Shown here: piece by piece, positions 59,584 to 64,000 of the stretch
Position numbering within the stretch: position 1 is the stretch's first letter
Layout: every line of letters starts with the position of its first letter
Source of the DNA: an uncultured Ruficoccus sp.
Lineage (GTDB): Bacteria > Verrucomicrobiota > Verrucomicrobiia > Opitutales > Cerasicoccaceae
Assembly: GCA_965140785.1 (NCBI GenBank)
Contig: OZ223514.1
Location: 160,001 to 224,000 of the forward strand
Reading direction: 5' to 3'
Length of the DNA: 64,000 bases
The notes under the pieces: generated by a model
Databases searched by the model: none
Told to the model about the DNA's origin: nothing
What the model saw: only the letters and a program-made list of their open reading frames with translations
Program-made: the position numbers and the translations under genes

Positions 59584-61383
59584 CTAGCGCACAGGCAAAG
59601 CGGTTGAATTTTCGGCAAAATGTTCCTCCACTTTAGAGAGAGAAGGCGTAACAGTCGGCGCAATATTTGCTCTCTCAGACTTGCGCATGCGCTTAAAGCA
59701 TTCGCGAACCCCCTGGTAAGCCTCTTTGGGGCGACGGTACTCGTCCAGCGTGCCCTTATTGTTAAATGTGCGCGGACGTCCGAGCGAACGACCGCCACTG
59801 TAAGTTCGCATATCTGAGAAGTGCCATAGCGCGATGCCACTGCATCTGGGATTGCCCAACACGAGTTCACACGCTCGCTGCAGATAACGGTTCTGATAGG
59901 TCTCGGAGAAAAAATCATTGTGAGTATCTCGCCAACCATACAGCGCTTCGGCTCCAATCTCCGAGATCATCACCGGCTTATCTTCAAATCCGGCTTGGTC
60001 GATGTGTTCAAAGATCTCGCGCAGTTGGGGTTGAATCAAATCCAACGGCTGTGCCGCCTGCTCACAAGCATACCAGCCCGGATAGGTATTGATGCTGATG
60101 AGATCGACCAAATCGTAATGGAGGTCCGTTAGCGCAAACATGGTGGCGTAGGTTACCAGACGCGTCGGATCCAGTTCTTTTAAAGCCCTCGTGGCTTCCT
60201 CAAAAGCGCGCCGAACATACGGCGCGTCACTGCCCGCTTCATTGAGGAAGCCCCAGATAATGACCGATGGGTGGTTCGAACTGGCGCGCACCATGTTACG
60301 CAGTGACTCAGCGTGATCCGCGTGCCATTTCTCACTGGAGAATGTTTTCTCCCGCTGCCCCCACCCAAGGTTTTCCTCCCATACCAAGAGCCCGAGCTCG
60401 TCACAAAGGTCCAGGAAGCGTTGATCCTGAGGATAATGCGATCCCCGGACGAAATTACACCCCAGGTCCTTCAGCATTTGAATATCCGCAAGCATTTGCA
60501 GGGGCGACGTGGCGGGCCCACCGGAAGGATGCCACTCATGCCGGTTGTAGCCGCGCAATATCAAGCGTTCACCGTTCAGCCAGAGGGCACCGTCGCGGGC
60601 TTCAACATGGCGAAGCCCAAAGCGTGTTTCGACTAAATCACCATCCGGCAAGGCGACACGCAAGCGGTGCAGGTGCGGCGTTTCCGGAGACCAAATTCGC
60701 GGCGAATCAACACGCAAGTCAATCACCGCGCAATTGCCTGTCAGCTTAACCGCCTGATACGTTCTCACCGGCTCTTCATCAACCTGGACGGACAAATCGA
60801 TTTGGCGTACAGGGCACTCCGCGAGCTGTACCTTTACCCTCAGCAAGCCCTCACGATAGCCTCCTTCGACCAACGTCTGGACATGGTCGATGAAAGCCCC
60901 CCGGGCTGGCAATAGCCGCATCGTCACCGGGCGGATGATTCCTCCATATTGGTAGAAATCGAAATACTCCTCGTGCATAGGCACGCGTTCGAAGTCGTAA
61001 CGGTTATCCACCAGCACCAGTAATTCACGATCCTGTGATTCTGACTCGGCAACATCTACTTCAAAAGGTGCATACCCACATGCATGCTCTTTTACGGCGA
61101 CACCATCGATGCATAGGCGGCACCACATGGAAACAGCCCCAAAAGTGATGCGCGCGCGCTGGCCCGAAGGTATGTAAAAGCGCCTCCGATAGACCGCCAG
61201 CCCACGCTGGCCCGCATGATCCGGAAGCGCGTCGAATGCCGATGGAACAAGTGTCTTGCCCCACTCGATGTTATCGCAAGGATCGAACGAGTCGGGATCA
61301 ATATTACCCAAAAACGCAAACTCCCACAGATCGTTCAACGGTATCTCCGGGGTAAAGCGCAAATTCGCAGGTGCGTTTTGCAT
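59584..61383 (-). CDS. GH2 glycoside hydrolase (beta-glucuronidase/galactosidase-like)
   Basis: YGGIIRPV, WSPETPHL, GYNRHE, RGSHYP, NHPSVIIWGFLNE, ISEIGA; ATG at 61383 preferred over 61419. Confidence 0.92.
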   Translation of the reverse strand: MQNAPANLRFTPEIPLNDLWEFAFLGNIDPDSFDPCDNIEWGKTLVPSAFDALPDHAGQRGLAVYRRRFYIPSGQRARITFGAVSMWCRLCIDGVAVKEHACGYAPFEVDVAESESQDRELLVLVDNRYDFERVPMHEEYFDFYQYGGIIRPVTMRLLPARGAFIDHVQTLVEGGYREGLLRVKVQLAECPVRQIDLSVQVDEEPVRTYQAVKLTGNCAVIDLRVDSPRIWSPETPHLHRLRVALPDGDLVETRFGLRHVEARDGALWLNGERLILRGYNRHEWHPSGGPATSPLQMLADIQMLKDLGCNFVRGSHYPQDQRFLDLCDELGLLVWEENLGWGQREKTFSSEKWHADHAESLRNMVRASSNHPSVIIWGFLNEAGSDAPYVRRAFEEATRALKELDPTRLVTYATMFALTDLHYDLVDLISINTYPGWYACEQAAQPLDLIQPQLREIFEHIDQAGFEDKPVMISEIGAEALYGWRDTHNDFFSETYQNRYLQRACELVLGNPRCSGIALWHFSDMRTYSGGRSLGRPRTFNNKGTLDEYRRPKEAYQGVRECFKRMRKSERANIAPTVTPSLSKVEEHFAENSTALPVR

Positions 61384-61453
61384 GTCGAATATATGACAGG
61401 TTTCGACTTGCTCTTGCAAATTTGCTCTTACTGTTCACGATTAGTAACCGGAC

Positions 61454-62500
61454 ATGCCAATTAATCAACGAGAGCTTGCAAAGCGGGCTGGCGTGAGCCA
61501 GACAACAGTCTCGCTCTGCCTCCGCTCCCATCCCTCAATCCCCAAAGGGACGCGGGAGCGGATACTCCGGATAGCACGTGAACTCGGCTACAAGCAGAAT
61601 CCGTTGGTAGCCAGCTTGATGAGCGAAATTCGTTCGAATCGCCATGTCTCCTCTCAAAGTTGCATTGCGCTGTTAGTGGATGCCGAAGATGAAAAAGAGT
61701 GGTTTTGCCATGAGCTGTTTCGGCAGCAGTATGAAGGCATGCGCGCCAGAGCCCTCGCTCTAGGATTTCGCACCGAAGTGTTCTATGCAGGACAAAAAGG
61801 AACGACCCTCCGCGCGATTGACCGTATCCTCCACACGCGCGGCATCCGGGGCCTCATTCTCGCAGGCTCCCGAAGAAGAGCTTACGATCTCTCACTTATC
61901 CGATGGGCCGATTACGTCTGCGCCACGATATCGTACACCTGGGATCAGCCGGCGGTGGATCGTGCCTCGGCCCACCACCGCCATAATGTGGATATCGTTT
62001 TTCAGAAATTATCGGAACTCGGCTACTGCCGGATTGGTGTTTCATTAAGCCCTCATGCCCGAAAGGCTTCCGACCGAAACTGGCTCAGCGGCGCCCTACT
62101 CTGGAACGAGCTTCAACCCAGTAAAAAGCGTATTCCGTTTTTCGTGGCCGAGCAAACGGAGCATAATACGGAAGCCTTTGGCCGATGGATAAAAAAATGG
62201 AAGCCAGACGCCATTGTCACACTGGATGGCTGGGAAAAGTTATGGCTACACAAACTCGGCTTGAGCACTCCTGACGATATCGGACTGGCATGTGTCAACC
62301 GCTCCACCGAAAGCCGGGTATCGGGCGTCTACGAAGACCATGATTTAATTGGTGCTGCCTGTATCGATCTTGTCTCCGCCAAATTGCAACATAATGATTT
62401 CGGGCTGCCAGAGCGCCCCCATCTCCTATTGATCGAAGGACGCTGGGGTGATGGGGAAACTCTTCACCATGAAAAGGGCTGCCTCAGCCCTACGACCTGA
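61454..62500 (+). CDS. LacI family transcriptional regulator
   Basis: NQRELAKRAGVSQTTVSLCLR...TRERILRIARELGY; divergent from the GH2 gene. Confidence 0.93.
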   Translation: MPINQRELAKRAGVSQTTVSLCLRSHPSIPKGTRERILRIARELGYKQNPLVASLMSEIRSNRHVSSQSCIALLVDAEDEKEWFCHELFRQQYEGMRARALALGFRTEVFYAGQKGTTLRAIDRILHTRGIRGLILAGSRRRAYDLSLIRWADYVCATISYTWDQPAVDRASAHHRHNVDIVFQKLSELGYCRIGVSLSPHARKASDRNWLSGALLWNELQPSKKRIPFFVAEQTEHNTEAFGRWIKKWKPDAIVTLDGWEKLWLHKLGLSTPDDIGLACVNRSTESRVSGVYEDHDLIGAACIDLVSAKLQHNDFGLPERPHLLLIEGRWGDGETLHHEKGCLSPTT

Positions 62501-62748
62501 TTCGCTTTCACAGAGGGATGATCGCACCAATCGTACTGGTCAAACATGGTCAATTTACCGAACCTAGCAGGATCGAAAATCCGAGGCCCATCCACCGCCT
62601 AGAGGCTCCCAAGCAGCGCAACCGACGCCACGAGAACGCCCAGATCAAGCGCGGTGGGGTACCCAAGCGCATCGCCCGAAACTGCCTCGATATGAAGCAA
62701 ACGTAAACAGCACGGAGCCGTCACGGGATGCCTCCGAGCTGACCCCAC

Positions 62749-63096
62749 TCAGTTGACTCCGGTCTGCGCGTCGAGCAACTGGTGCAGCTTCTCCGTTCTC
62801 CCGGGCAGGAGGTTTAGGTTGCCTTTGAGGGATTCGGTGAAGGCGTTCTGGAGGGACCAGAGGGTGCGGGGGGTGAAGCAGGCGTGGGTGGGTTGGCGCC
62901 ACTCGTGGAGGACTTTGGGGATGTGCTGGTTGGAGCAGACACCCTTGTCCACGGCGCGGATGATGAGGTCGTGGGCGGTGGGGTCGCGGAGCGGAGTGCG
63001 TTTGTAGCGCTCGATGCGGCGGTCTTGTTCATCGAAGCGGGAGACGAGGCGTTGGACGGCTTGATGGGCCAGAGCGCCGAGGTCGCGATTAGGCCC
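62749..63096 (-). pseudogene. 5'-truncated DUF932-like (phage/plasmid-associated) gene
   Basis: RDLGALAHQAVQRL...AHDLIIRA...VLHEWRQP...RTLWSLQNAFTE resembles the C-terminal half of DUF932-type proteins; the N-terminal half is missing. Confidence 0.65.
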
Positions 63097-63175
63097 GAGG
63101 GGGCAGGTCAATAATTTAAATGTTGATTGTTGTCTGACTTGTGTGGTTATTCTAAATTATTGACACGACCTCTTC
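63097..63175. repeat. Imperfect inverted repeat pair at a GC-to-AT composition boundary
   Basis: GGGGGCAGGTCAATAATTTA (63099-63118) and TAAATTATTGACACGACCTC (63153-63172); perfect 12-bp core GTCAATAATTTA. Confidence 0.75.
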
Positions 63176-63361
63176 GGCTCACAGCAAAACTCTGTAGTGA
63201 AAAACAACTCAAGTATTCTCCGTAAAAAAATAAACAAAATTGGAAGAGCTAATATGCAGAATGAAATAGCAGCCAAGACATCCAGTGTCATTAAGGCTGT
63301 AGATAAAGCTGTAAATGATAGTAATGATTGACCTCAGAAATTCCACTAATGTACCGTAAAT

Positions 63362-64000
63362 ATGGATGCTATTAATCACATCAAACATCTCCATGATGGT
63401 CGGCTTAGGGAAATATATGAGGGGGATGCGATCTCATTTATTAATAATATTTCAAGTGTTAACGTAAATGGAGAATATGACCTAGATGACTATAGGGAAT
63501 GTGCATTTGGAGAATATTGGAGGAGGAGGATTTTGAGCCGAAAAACACTTGCTTATGATGATATTAGACATATTATTGAATATCGCCATTTGTGGGGTTC
63601 ATTATCCGTGATTGGTGAGTTTGCTAGGCTTGATTTAATAGCCCCATATTTATTAAACGATTTAATAATTAGCAAGGATGAAGACGTTTGGTCGTATCGG
63701 CAAATATCTGCCCGTAAAATCGTTCATACAGTGAAGGCTTTGATAGAAATTGAAAACCACATGGACTGTTTGACGATCATTAGTGCAATAGACCGCCTCA
63801 TCGAACTTAAGAATGTTGTTTGGGCGATTGAGGAGTTGTTGCCGCTATTACCATACAGTTGCTTGTGTTATCTTTATAACCGACTTACAAAAGAAAAAAT
63901 ATTAACTCGTTCTCACCGAGGTCATTTGAATTCTCTTATAAAAAAGGTACTGCAGGAGAAAACCCAGAAGGAGTCAAATCCAGGAGGGCCATGTCAATAA
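63362..64000 (+). CDS. Hypothetical AT-rich protein
   Basis: 212-aa ORF with composition unlike the rest of the window; its stop TAA lies within a third repeat copy GGGCCATGTCAATAA. Confidence 0.7.
   Translation: MDAINHIKHLHDGRLREIYEGDAISFINNISSVNVNGEYDLDDYRECAFGEYWRRRILSRKTLAYDDIRHIIEYRHLWGSLSVIGEFARLDLIAPYLLNDLIISKDEDVWSYRQISARKIVHTVKALIEIENHMDCLTIISAIDRLIELKNVVWAIEELLPLLPYSCLCYLYNRLTKEKILTRSHRGHLNSLIKKVLQEKTQKESNPGGPCQ

Overview
GC-rich bacterial window, most likely Verrucomicrobiota (Opitutia). This is inferred from four PEP-CTERM-type proteins, three prepilin/H-X9-DG proteins, a giant PilX/GspK-like protein and start codons without a Shine-Dalgarno site. Most of the window is carbohydrate catabolism: an IclR-linked sugar-acid operon, uxuA, and four glycan-degradation modules (GH78/GH51; CE12-DUF1961/beta-helix/PL10; beta-helix/GH39/SGNH; GH2/clan GH-A). 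Each module pairs CAZymes with a PEP-CTERM protein and a pilin-like protein, and none has a recognisable sugar transporter. A 14-bp palindrome (CGDTAC-NN-GTAACG) precedes every transcription unit of the pectin module, including the GspK-like pilin. The window also has a TetR-RND efflux operon, a GNAT-nitrilase fusion and several gene remnants. A mobile-looking island (~50.1-54.6 kb) carries a radical SAM fusion, an XRE switch and a secreted nuclease-like protein. At the right end, short GG-N-CRKGTCAATAA repeats border a truncated DUF932-like gene and an AT-rich gene. I saw no rRNA, tRNA, CRISPR array, integrase or transposase. All family calls come from motif recognition by eye; no database search was run.
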